Shown here piece after piece: positions 52,160 to 64,000 of a DNA stretch of 64,000 nucleotides (position 1 is the first letter of the stretch; every line of letters begins with the position of its first letter). A program made the position numbers and the translations under genes. The stretch comes from Squalus acanthias (lineage: Eukaryota): positions 72,540,001 to 72,604,000 of the forward strand of contig CM059430.1 in NCBI GenBank assembly GCA_030390025.1, given 5' to 3'. Under the pieces are notes generated by a model that made no database searches, was not told the DNA's origin, and saw only the letters and a program-made list of their open reading frames with translations.

Positions 52160-55100
52160 TAGGAATAGGACCCATATCTGGAATGTAGATTGATGGGGGA
52201 CCCACATCAGGAATGTAGGTTCATGGGGCCCATATCAAGAATGTAATTTGAAGTAGACCATATCAGGAATATAGCCTGATGCGTCCGTTGACATGATTGT
52301 AAGATGATGGGGTCCCATATCAGGAATGTAGGGTGATGAGGACATACTCTATAATATAGGTTGACGGAGGAATGTAGGGTGACAAGACACAAATGAAGGA
52401 AGTAGAGTGATTGGGCCATTTCAGGAATGTAGGTTGATGGGGCCTGTATTAGGAAATTAGGTTGATGGGGGCCCATATCAGGATACACAGTGATGGGATC
52501 CCATATCAGGGATGTAGGGTGATGGGGTCCCAGAACAAGAATGTAGGGTGATAGAGTCCCATATCAGCAATGTAGGGTGGCAGAGTCCCACATCAGCAAT
52601 GTAGGGTGATAGAGTCCCATATCAGGAATGTAGGGTGATAGAGTCCCATATCAGGAATGTAGGGTGATAGAATCCCATACCAGGAATGTAGGGTGATGGG
52701 GTCCCACAACAAGAATGTAGGGTGATAGAGTCCCACATCAGCAATGTAGGGTGATAGAGTCCCATATCAGGAATGTAGGGTGCTGGGGTCGCACAACAAG
52801 AATGTAGGGTGATAGAGTCCCACATCAGCAATGTAGGGTGATAGAGTCCCATATCAGGAATGTAGGGTGATAGAGTCCCACATCAGGAATATAGGGTGAC
52901 AGAGTCCCATATCAGGAATGTAGGGTGATAGAGTCCCACATCAGGAATGTAGGGTGACAGAGTCCCATATCAGGAATGTAGCGTGAAAGAGTCCCATAGC
53001 AGGAATGTAGGGTGATGGGGGTCCATAACAGGAATGTACGGTGATGGGGGACCAATATCAGGAAGTTAGGGTGATGGGGGCACATATATGGCATGTTTTG
53101 TGATTGATGACGATAAAACGCATGTGGGGTGATGGGGCCCATATAAGGCATCTAGCGTAATTGGGACCTATTTCAAGTATATGTGGTAATGTTGCCCTGA
53201 TCAGGAAGGTAGGCTGATGGGGCCCATATCAGGATTGTAGGGTGATGGACATATCAGGATTGTAGGGTGATGGGGCCAATAGAAGGATTGTAGGGTGATG
53301 GGGCTCATATCAGGATTGTAGGGTGATGGCCATATCAGGATGGAGGATGATGGGGCGAATATCAGGATTGTAGGGTGATGGCCATATCAGGATTGTAGGG
53401 TGATGGGACAAATATTAGGAATGTCGGCTGCTGTGGCCCATAACAGGAATGTACGCTAATGGGGCCCACAGCAAGAATGTAGGCTGATGGGGCCAATATC
53501 AGGATTGTAGGGTGATGGGGCCAATATCAGGATTGTAGGGTGATGGGGCCAATATCAGGATTGCAGGGTGATTGGGCCCATATATCAGGAATGTAGCCAG
53601 ATTGGGCCCATATCAGGAATGTGGGCTAATGGGGCCATATATCAGGAATGTGGGTATATGGGCCCATTTCAGGAGTGTAGGGTGATGGGGCACATATAAG
53701 GAATGTGGGCTATTGGGTCTCATATCATGAATGTGGGCTAATGGGGCCCATCTCAGGAATGTAGGCTGATGGGGCCCATATCAGGAATGTAGGATGATGG
53801 GGCCCATATCAGGAATGTAGGCTGATAGGGCCCATATCAGGAATGTAGGATGATGGGGCCCATATCAGGAATGTAGGCTGATGGGGCCCATATCAGTAAT
53901 GTGGGATAATGGGGCCCATATCAGGAATGTAGGCTGATGGGGCCCATATCAGGATTGTGGGGTAATGGGGCCCATATCAGGAGTGTAGGCTGATGGGGCC
54001 CATATCAGGAATGTGGGCTAATGTGGCCCATATCAGGAATGTAGGCTGATGCGGCACATATCATGAATGAAGGATAATGGGGCCCATATCAGGAATGTAG
54101 GCTCATGGGGCTCAATTCAGGAATGTAGGGTGATGTGGCCCATATCAGGATTGTAGGGTGATGGAGCCCATATCAGGACTGTAGGGTGATGGGGCCCATA
54201 TCAGCATTATAGTCTAATGGGGCCCATGTCAGGAATGCAGGCTAATAGGGCCCATATCAGGATTGTAGGCTAATGGGGCCCATATCAGGATTGTATGCTG
54301 ATGGGGCCCATATCAGGATTGTAGGCTAATGGGGCCCATATCAGCAATGTACGGTGATGGGGCCCATATCAGGATTGTAGGCTAATGGGGCCCATATCAG
54401 CAATGTAGGGTGATCGGGCCAATATCAGGTTTGTAGGCTAATGGGGCCCATATCAGGAATGTAGGGTTGATGGGGCCCATATCAGGATTGTAGGGTGATA
54501 GGGACCATATCAGGAATGTAGGGTGATGGGGCCCATATCGGGATTGTAGGGTGATGGGGCCCATATCGTGAATTTCGGGTGATGGGGCCCATATCAGGAA
54601 TGTAGGGTGATGGGGCCCATGTCAGGAACGTACGCTGATGGGGCCCATATCAGGATTGTAGGATGATGGGGCCCATATCAGGATTGTAGGCTGATGGGGC
54701 CCATATCAGGATTGCAGGCTGATGGGGCCCATATCAGGATTGTAGGCTGATGGGGCCTATATCAGGAATTTAGGCTAATGGGGCCCATATCAGGAATGTA
54801 GAGTGATGGGGGCCAATATCAGGAATGTCGGCTGATGGGGCCAATATCAGAAATTTAGGCTGATGAGGCCCATATCAGGAAAGTAGGCTGATTGGGCCCA
54901 TATCAGGAATGTAGGGTGATGGGGCCCATATCAAGAATGTAGGGTGATGTGGCCCTTATCAAGAATGTAGGCTGATTGGGCCAATATCAAGAATGTAGGG
55001 TGATGGGGCCCATATCAGGAATGTAGGGTGCTGGGGCCCATATCAAGAATGTAGGGTGATGGGGACAATATCAGGAATGTAGGGTGTTGGGGCCAATATC

Positions 55101-58100
55101 AAGAATGTAGAGTGATGGGGCCCATATCAGGAATGTACGGTGATGGGGCCCATATCAAGAATGTAGGGTGATGGGGCCCATATCAAAAATGTAGGGTGAT
55201 GGGGCCCATATCAGGAATGTACGGTGATGGGGCCTAATCAAGGATGTAGGGTGATGGGGCCAATATCAGGAATGTACGGTGATGATGCCCATATCAAGAA
55301 TGTAGGGTGATGGGGCCCATATCAAGAATGTAGGGTGATGGGGCCCATATCAGGAATGTACGGTGATGGGGCCTAATCAAGGATGTAGGGTGATGGGGCC
55401 AATATCAGGAATGTACGGTGATGGGGCCCATATCAAGAATGTAGGGTGATGGGGCACATATCAAGAATGTAGGGTGATGGGGCCCATATCAGGAATGTAA
55501 GGTGATGGGGCACATATCAGGAATGTATGGTGATGGGGCCCATATCAAGAAAGTAGGGTGATGGGGCCCATATCAGGAATGTACGGTGATGGGGCCCATG
55601 TCAAGAATGTAGGGTGGTGGGTTCCATAACAGGAATGTACGGTGATGGGGCCCATATCAAGAATGTAGGGTGATGGGGCACATATCAGGAATGTACGGTG
55701 ATGGGGCCCATATCAAGAATGTAGGATGATGGGGCCCTTATCAGGAATGTATGCTAATGGGGCCCATATCAGGAATGTACGGTGATGGGGCCATATCAAG
55801 AATGTAGGGTGATGGGGCCCATATCAGGAATGTAGGGCGATGGGACCCATATCAAGAATGTAGGGTGATGGGACCCATATCAGGATTGTAGGCTGATGGG
55901 ACCCATATCAGGGATCTAGGCTGATGGGACCCATATCAGGAATGTACGGTGATGGGGCCCATATCAAGAATGTAGGGTGATCGGGCCCATAACAGGAATG
56001 CATGGTGATGGGGCCCATTTCAAGAATGTAGGCTGATGGGAACCATATCAAGAATGTAGGGTGAATGGGCCCATATCCAGCATGTAGGGTGATGGGACCC
56101 ATATGAGGAATGTAGGCTGATGGGCCCATATCAGGAATGTACGGTGATGGGGCCCATATCAGGAATATAGTGTGCTGGGGCCCATATCAGGAATGTAGGC
56201 TGATGGGACCCATATCAGGAATGTATGGTGATGGGGCCCATATCAGGAATGCATGGTGATGGGGCCCATATCAAGAATGTAGGCTGATGGGGCCCATATC
56301 AGGAATGTAGGGTGATTGGGCCCATATCAAAATGTAGGGTGATGGGGCCCAAATCAGGAATGCATGGTAATGGGGCCCATATCAATAATGTAGGCTGATG
56401 GGACCCATATCAGGAATGTAGGCTAATGGGGCCCATATCAGGAATGTAGGGTGATGGGGCCCATATCAAGAATGTAGGGTGATGGGGCTCATATCAAGAA
56501 TGTAGGGTGATGGGGCCCATATCAAGAATGTAGGGTGATGGGGCCCATATCAAGAATGTAGGCTGATGGGACCAATATCAGGAATGTAGGGTGATGGGGC
56601 CCATATCAGGAATGCATGGTGATGGGGCCCTTATCAAGAATGTAGTGTGATGGGGCCCATATCAGGAATGCATGGTGATGGGGCCCATATCAAGAATGTA
56701 GGGTGATCGGGCCCATATCAGGAATGTAGGGTGATGGGCCACATATCAGGATTGTAGGGTGATGTGGCCCATATCAGAATTGCAGGGTGATGCGGTACAC
56801 ATGAGGAGTTTGGGCTGATGGGGCACTTATCAGCAAAGTGGGCTAATGGGGCCCATATCAGGAATTTGGTCTGATGGGGCCCATATCAAAAATGTAGGCT
56901 GGTGGGGCCCATATCAGGAATGTAGGCTAATGGGGCCCAGATCAGGATTGTAGGGTGATGGGGCCCATCTCAGGAATGTAGGGTGATGGGTCCCATATGA
57001 GGATTGTAGGGTGATGGGGCACATATCAAGATTGTAGGGTGATGGGGCCCATATCAGGATTGTAGGGTGATGGGGCACACATAAGGATTGTAGTGCGATG
57101 GGGACCATATCAGGATTGTAGGGTGATGGGGCCCATATCAGGTTTGTAGGGTGATGGAGCCCATATCAGGAATTTGGGCTGATGGGGCCCACATCAGTAT
57201 TGTAGGGTGATGGGGCCCATATCAGGCTTGTAGGGTGGTGGGGCCCATATCAGGAATGTAGGATGATATGGCCCATATCAGGAATGTAGGTTGATGGGGC
57301 CCATATCAAGAATGTAGGGTGATGGGGCCCATATCAAGAATGTAGGGTGATGGGGCCCATATCAAGAATGTAGGCTGATGGGACCAATATCAGGAATGTA
57401 GGGTGATGGGGCCCATATCAGGAATGCATGGTGATGGGGCCCTTATCAAGAATGTAGTGTGATGGGGCCCATATCAGGAATGCATGGTGATGGGGCCCAT
57501 ATCAAGAATGTAGGGTGATCGGGCCCATATCAGGAATGTAGGGTGATGGGCCACATATCAGGATTGTAGGGTGATGTGGCCCATATCAGAATTGCAGGGT
57601 GATGCGGTACACATGAGGAGTTTGGGCTGATGGGGCACTTATCAGCAAAGTGGGCTAATGGGGCCCATATCAGGAATTTGGTCTGATGGGGCCCATATCA
57701 AAAATGTAGGCTGGTGGGGCCCATATCAGGAATGTAGGCTAATGGGGCCCAGATCAGGATTGTAGGGTGATGGGGCCCATCTCAGGAATGTAGGGTGATG
57801 GGTCCCATATGAGGATTGTAGGGTGATGGGGCACATATCAAGATTGTAGGGTGATGGGGCCCATATCAGGATTGTAGGGTGATGGGGCACACATAAGGAT
57901 TGTAGTGCGATGGGGACCATATCAGGATTGTAGGGTGATGGGGCCCATATCAGGTTTGTAGGGTGATGGAGCCCATATCAGGAATTTGGGCTGATGGGGC
58001 CCACATCAGTATTGTAGGGTGATGGGGCCCATATCAGGCTTGTAGGGTGGTGGGGCCCATATCAGGAATGTAGGATGATATGGCCCATATCAGGAATGTA

Positions 58101-58225
58101 GGTTGATGGGGCCCATATCAGGATTGTAGGGTGATAGGGGTCACATCAGGAATGTGGGCTAATGGGGCCCATATCAGTAATGTAGTGTGATGGGGCCCAT
58201 ATCAGTAATGTACGGTGATGGGGCC
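52160..58225. repeat. 28-bp satellite (ATCAGGAATGTAGGGTGATGGGGCCCAT) with an 812-bp higher-order duplication
   Basis: Roughly 200 tandem units, divergent at the left edge; identical variant blocks at 56914 and 57726. Confidence 0.97.
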
Positions 58226-61200
58226 TGTCGTAAGAATGAGCCTTACGCGTGGTGAACTTAAAGTAAGCTTTAATCAACTAAAACGGTGCTACATACAAAA
58301 GAGGTCTTACTGTATGCCTCTCCTGGATCCAACTGATCAGCCCAGTATTTATCCTGGACTAATCACAGGAAGTGATGTAATAAAGTTCGAGTCACAGGAA
58401 GCTGTATTGTGTTACCACATTCTCCCCCCCAAAAAGATTTGGAGGCCGGGATGAAGTTCGAGTCACAGGAAGCTGTATTGTGTTACCACATTCTCCCTCC
58501 ATTTCGTAGCCGCTGGACGAGGGAGAGCCGCACCCGTTTGGGTTCTCGTAGCGGTAGGGGCCCCTAGCCCGTTTACCCGCCACGGGCCGTGGACCAGAGT
58601 CCGAGTGATCCAGCCCGCTCTGTGAGGGGTCAGGACGATCCTGACTGTGTACTGGTGCCCGAACGGGTGTCGGGCAGGGCTGTGGCAGATCCGTTTCCGA
58701 GCGTAAGATACGGGGTGGATCGTGGCTGCGCGTGCGAGCCCCGACGGGCTCATAGTCAGTCTGCCCCAGGTCGGCACGCTGGAGTGAGGTACCAGCCAGC
58801 GTCAGATCCAGATCGTGATGAGAGGCACCTGGCGAGCCCAGAGATGTGCCTGGTACAATATCATCCCCTGGTGTCCCTCTATGTTTCGGCGGGCAGGGAG
58901 CCAGATCCCGCAATTACACGGTAGATTCCCGACCGTCAGGATACCGAATATAGGCGTAGGTAGGGTTGACGTCAGTGAGCTCAACCTCATCTACCAGGGG
59001 GTCATTCTTAGATGCCCGAACATATCTTCGGAGTAGCACTGGTCCCGGTGCAGTCAGCCACGATGGGAGAGATATCCCATAGGATGAGCGACGCTGAAAT
59101 CGGAAGAACCGTTCATGAGGCGTCGTATTTGTGGCGGTCAAAAGGAGGGACCGTGTGGAGTGTAATGCATCTGGAAGTACTGCTTCCCATTGCTGGTTGT
59201 GTAGGCCCCGAGATCTCAAAGCCAGACGTACCGCATTCCAGATGATAGCGTTAAAACGCTCGACTTGCCCATTCCCGACCGGATGATAAGGCGTCGTTCT
59301 GCTGGCAGCAATACCCCATTCCGAGAGATAGGCCTTGAGTTCTGCTGACATAAAAGAAGGGCCCCGATCCGAATGAACATAGGATGCCATGCCACAGAAA
59401 GCAAATACCTGCTCAAGGCAGCTGATAACCGTGGTCGTCAGCATATTGGGGCAGGGAAAGGCAAATGGAAAACGGGAATACTCATCGACCATGGTCAATA
59501 GATAAGTGTTGCGAGTTGAAGAGGGCAATGGCCCCTTAAAATCGATGCTAAGCCGTTGCATTGGCTGGGTCGCATGTATGAGTATACCACCCGAGGGGCG
59601 GAAAAACTGAGGTTTCAATTCCGCACAGACTCTGCAGTCTGAACACATCTTCGTTACATCCCCGGTAGAGAATGGGAGATTTCGGGACCGCACGAAGTGT
59701 AGCATGCGAGTAACGCCCGGATGACACAACCCATCATGGATGTCTACGAGCGTAGAGGGTGCCATGGCGGAGCAGAATGCTCGTGTGAGGGTATCCGGAG
59801 CCACATTCTCCTTGCCAGGTCGATAGTGGATGGTGTAACCAAAAGAGACCAATTCCAGCCGCCAAAGCTGGATTTTATTATTTTTAATTTTGGTCCGTTT
59901 TCGATTATCGAGCATGAAGGCGACCGATCGCTGGTCCGTGATTAAGGTAAAGTGCTGGCGAGCTAGGAGATGAGTCCACTTCCGTACTGCCTCTATGATG
60001 GCTGTAGCTTCTTTCTCGACTGGAGGATAATGTAGCTCAGCCCCTTGAAAAGTCCTGGACAAAAATGCCACCGGACGCCCTTCCTGATTCAGAGTGGCCG
60101 AGATTGCCACCTCCGAGGCATCACACTCAACAACAAAAGGAAGACTCTCATCGATGGAGTGAAGAGCCGCTTTCTCCAACTGTTTTTTCAGGAGGTTAAA
60201 GGCTGCAACAGCCGCTGTGTCTAGTGGGAATGTGCTGGCCTTCAGTAGAGGTTGGATTCGGTCCGAGAAGTTAGGAATCCATTTAGCATAGTATGCAAAC
60301 AGGCCGAGGGCCCGGCGCAAGGAGGCCGGATTCTTAGGTGGCGGGAGTTCTTGGAGTGGGCGAAGCCTTTCAGGGTCAGGTTTAATGATGCCATTGCCCA
60401 CACAATAGCCAAGGATGTTGATGGTTGGTTGTGACTCAATGGATTTAGCCGCATTTAATGTCAAATTACGGTGCTGGAGTGCATCCCAAAATCGTTGGAG
60501 ATTGGCGTCATGTTCCCGCTGATTGCGACCTGCGACAGTAATATTGTCCAGATAAGGAAACGTATACTTTAAGTCTTCCTGTTTGAAAAGGTCATCCATT
60601 GCTCGCTGGAAGACAGCCACTCCATTAGTGACCCCAAAGGGGAGGCGACGAAATTGATACAGCCGTCCATTGGCTTCAAAGGCCGTATACTGCTTGTCTG
60701 AGACCTTCAAGGGTACCTGATGATAGGCACTTTTCAGATCATATGTTGAGAACACCGTGTACTCAGCCAGTTTATTAACCATATCATCGATGCGCGGCAA
60801 TGGGTATGCGTCCAAGTCCGTATATTGATTGATGGTCTGTGAATAGTCAATGCACAGCCGTTTCTTGTGAGGTTGTAGAGGGTTCTTAACAATAACGACC
60901 TGGGCGCGCCATGGCGACGAACAAGGCTCGATGATATCCTCTGCTAAAAGCCGAGAAATCTCAGCCGCAATAAAAGACTGGTCTTCCTGACTGAAACGTC
61001 GTGACTTTGTTATAATCGGTTTGCATCGAGGAGGGATACTGGTAAACAGTGAGGGTTCATCCAGTGAAGCTGCTGACAATGCACAGAACGGTAATCGAGG
61101 TCGTATATTAGAAATAGTGAGTACAGGTTTGGATCCGCCGAACTCAATGGTGAGCTTCTTATGCTGCTTTTGAAAATCTAGCCCTAAGATAAGATCACTA

Positions 61201-62705
61201 CATAAGTCCTTGAGCACCGAAAGCCGGGTGGAGGGATACCTGTGACCATTAAGTGTTATTTCAACCATACAAAAGCCAGAAATTCTGGTATTAAGTGATG
61301 ACTGAGCCATCGCAATTGCCTGGTCCGATGGGAAAACATGTAGCTTTAACTGTGCAACAATCTGTTCCCTAATGAAACTATCAGTGCTACCTGAGTCAAT
61401 TAAGGCATCTAAAGTATGTCCATTAATTGATGCTTTTGTAGCTGCATGGAATAGGTTCTGAGGACAAGCAGCTGTAATTGGTGTCGTTGCACAAAGAGTG
61501 GCTGAAACTCTAGGTGTGTTTCTTCGAGAGAAAACCCGAGAGGAAGCACGATAGATTTTAGCCGGAACATCTTGATAGGCCCTTACCGGGGCAGTTTGGT
61601 AGGACTTAGCTTGATAAGCCCTCGTAGAGGCTCTTGATAGGCAAACCTTTGCAAAATTACCCTTTTTGTTGCAATGACTGCAAAACGCATTGCGAGCAGG
61701 GCAGAATTTCCGAGGGTGAAACTCATCACCACAAAAGAAGCATTTCTTAGATTGCCAAGAGGCTGCCACAGTGGGGTCATCATCCTCTTCATCAGTGAAG
61801 TCATCAGATTGATCGTCAGGGATAAAGTCCTCCCTAATAGAGTTCACCTGTGGCCTCTTAAATTGCCTGACTGTAGTTAAGGCAGCAGACCGAGGTCTGG
61901 GCACTGTATAAAGGACTGCATTTCTTTTTGCCAGATCTAGAGAGCAAGCCATGTCATAAGCTCTCTGAAGCTCAAGTGTCTTACTTTCCAGAAGACGCTG
62001 GCGTATAAATGGGGAGGCAAGCCCGCAGATGAAAGCATCACGGATCATTTCTTCACGGTGCAGCTCAGCTGAGGCCGCCTGAAAGTTACAGTCCATACTA
62101 AGTCTGCGAAGCTCTTGGAGGAATTTATCAATGGATTCCTCCGGCCCTTGTTGGGCTGTAGCTAGTAGATGTCTGGCATAGACCTCATTCGGTGTCTTAG
62201 TATATAGTCTTTTAAGCGTCCGAATTGCCTCCTCGTAACTGCCCCATTCCTCGACATACTGAAATACATTCGGGGTGACACAGTTGATGAGTATCCGCAA
62301 TTTTGAGTCAACATCAGCCTTGCAATATTCGAGAAAATTGTCAAACGTGCGATACCAGTGTTTCCACACCTTACCGGCTGCTGGGGTGTTTGGGTCCAAG
62401 TCAAGACGCGACGGTTTAAGGATGTTTTCCATGATGGGTGATTCCCTGGATCCTTAGTTCCGAGTTCGTCCAAAATTGTTTGAGTGCGAAGTTTTTCAAA
62501 GTTGATTAAATTGTCGTAAGAATGAGCCTTACGCGTGCTGAACTTAAAGTAAGCTTTAATCAACTAAAAAGGTGCTACATACAAAAGAGGTCTTACTCTA
62601 TGCCTCTCCAGGATCCAACTGATCAGCCCAGTATTTATCCTGGACTAATCACAGGAAGTGATGGAATAAAGTTCGAGTCACAGGAAGCTGTATTGTGTTA
62701 CCACA
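58226..62705 (-). mobile_element. Full-length Ty3/Gypsy LTR retrotransposon
   Basis: 194-bp LTRs at 58226-58419 and 62512-62705 (TG..CA), 5-bp TSD GGGCC, PPT GGGGGGGAGAA, single gag-pol frame. Confidence 0.97.
58392..62432 (-). CDS. Gag-Pol polyprotein (CCHC, protease DSGS, RT YLDN, RNase H, HHCC-DDE integrase), with one in-frame TAA at 58914-58916
   Basis: The 1172-aa ORF continues in the same frame into ORF 58392-58913 (STV*LRDLAP); domain order PR-RT-RH-IN. Confidence 0.93.
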
Positions 62706-63942
62706 GGGCCCATATCAGAAATGTAGGGTGATGGGGCCCATATCAAGAATGTAGGGTGATGGGGCCCATATCAGGAATGTAAGGTGATGCGGCCCATATC
62801 AGGAATGTATGGTGATGGGGCCCATATCAAGAATGTAGGGTGATGGGGCCCATATCAGGAATGTACGGTGATGGGGCCCATATCAGGAATGTACGGTGAT
62901 GGGGACCATTTCAAGAATGTAGGGTGATGGGTCCCATATCAGGAATGTACGGTGATGGGGCCCATATCAAAAATGTAGGGTGATGGGGCCCATATCAGGA
63001 ATGTACGGTGATGGGGCCCATATCAAGAATGTAGGGTGATCGGGCCCATATCAGGAATGTAGGGTGATGGGCCACATATCAGGATTGTAGGGTGATGTGG
63101 CCCATATCAGAATTGCAGGGTGATGCGGTACACATGAGGAGTTTGGGCTGATGGGGCACTTATCAGCAAAGTGGGCTAATGGGGCCCATATCAGGAATTT
63201 GGTCTGATGGGGCCCATATCAAAAATGTAGGCTGGTGGGGCCCATATCAGGAATGTAGGCTAATGGGGCCCAGATCAGGATTGTAGGGTGATGGGGCCCA
63301 TCTCAGGAATGTAGGGTGATGGGTCCCATATGAGGATTGTAGGGTGATGGGGCACATATCAAGATTGTAGGGTGATGGGGCCCATATCAGGATTGTAGGG
63401 TGATGGGGCACACATAAGGATTGTAGTGCGATGGGGACCATATCAGGATTGTAGGGTGATGGGGCCCATATCAGGTTTGTAGGGTGATGGAGCCCATATC
63501 AGGAATTTGGGCTGATGGGGCCCACATCAGTATTGTAGGGTGATGGGGCCCATATCAGGCTTGTAGGGTGGTGGGGCCCATATCAGGAATGTAGGATGAT
63601 ATGGCCCATATCAGGAATGTAGGTTGATGGGGCCCATATCAGGATTGTAGGGTGATAGGGGTCACATCAGGAATGTGGGCTAATGGGGCCCATATCAGTA
63701 ATGTAGTGTGATGGGGCCCATATCAGGAATGTATGGTGATGGGGCCCATATCAGGATTGTAGTCTGATGGCGCCCATATCAGGAATGTAGGCTAATGCGG
63801 CCCACATCAGGAATGTGGGGTGATGAGGGCCATATCAGGTATGTAGGCTGATGCGGCCCATATCAGGATTGTAGTGTGATGGTGCCCATATAAGGATTGT
63901 AGGGTGATGGGACCCATATCAGTAATGTACGGTGATGGGGCC
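62706..63942. repeat. 28-bp satellite, continued
   Basis: Same monomer; the block near 63247 matches those at 56914 and 57726. Confidence 0.97.
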
Positions 63943-64000
63943 TGTCGTAAGAATGAGCCTTACGCGTGGTGAACTTAAAGTAAGCTTTAATCAACTAAAA
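63943..64000 (-). mobile_element. Start of a second copy of the Gypsy LTR (cut by the window edge)
   Basis: Identical to 58226-58283, including the left-LTR-specific base and the same flanking satellite variant. Confidence 0.92.

Noticed and set aside
51804-52205. Overlapping 90-130-aa ORFs at the satellite border
   Set aside because: No recognisable domain or exon structure.
52160-63942. 28-bp repeats as a CRISPR array, or their short ORFs as genes
   Set aside because: Head-to-tail monomers with no unique spacers, no cas genes, and a eukaryotic context.

Overview
Repeat-rich vertebrate genomic DNA; the mix of CR1/L2 LINEs, Penelope elements, GGGC-ended MITEs and a Gypsy element points to a cartilaginous fish (inference). 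The main host content is a tandem pair of minus-strand, non-rearranging Ig-superfamily receptor genes, largely missed by the ORF track because they are split into small exons. Gene B (43782->~28764) splices in frame as leader - germline-joined VJ-type domain - C1 domain - Arg-containing TM with a very short tail, i.e. a predicted activating receptor. Gene A (18186->5816) is a probable pseudogene with a cysteine-less, frameshifted V exon, one intact and one broken C1 exon, and a near-identical TM exon. Decayed extra C1 exons, a cytoplasmic exon cut off by a stop codon, and an inverted third-copy relic (~49455-49715) record exon birth and death in this family. Mobile DNA includes a Penelope insertion with a ~1.2 kb inverted duplication and a 12-bp TSD, several Penelope copies carrying minimal hammerhead ribozymes, PIF/Harbinger-type MITEs, a solo LTR and many LINE fragments. 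The last 12 kb is a 28-bp satellite with an 812-bp (29-mer) higher-order repeat. It holds a nearly intact Gypsy element (YLDN RT motif, no tRNA PBS, possible self-priming) that has been co-duplicated with the satellite. There are two assembly gaps. All alignments were done by eye and no database searches were run.
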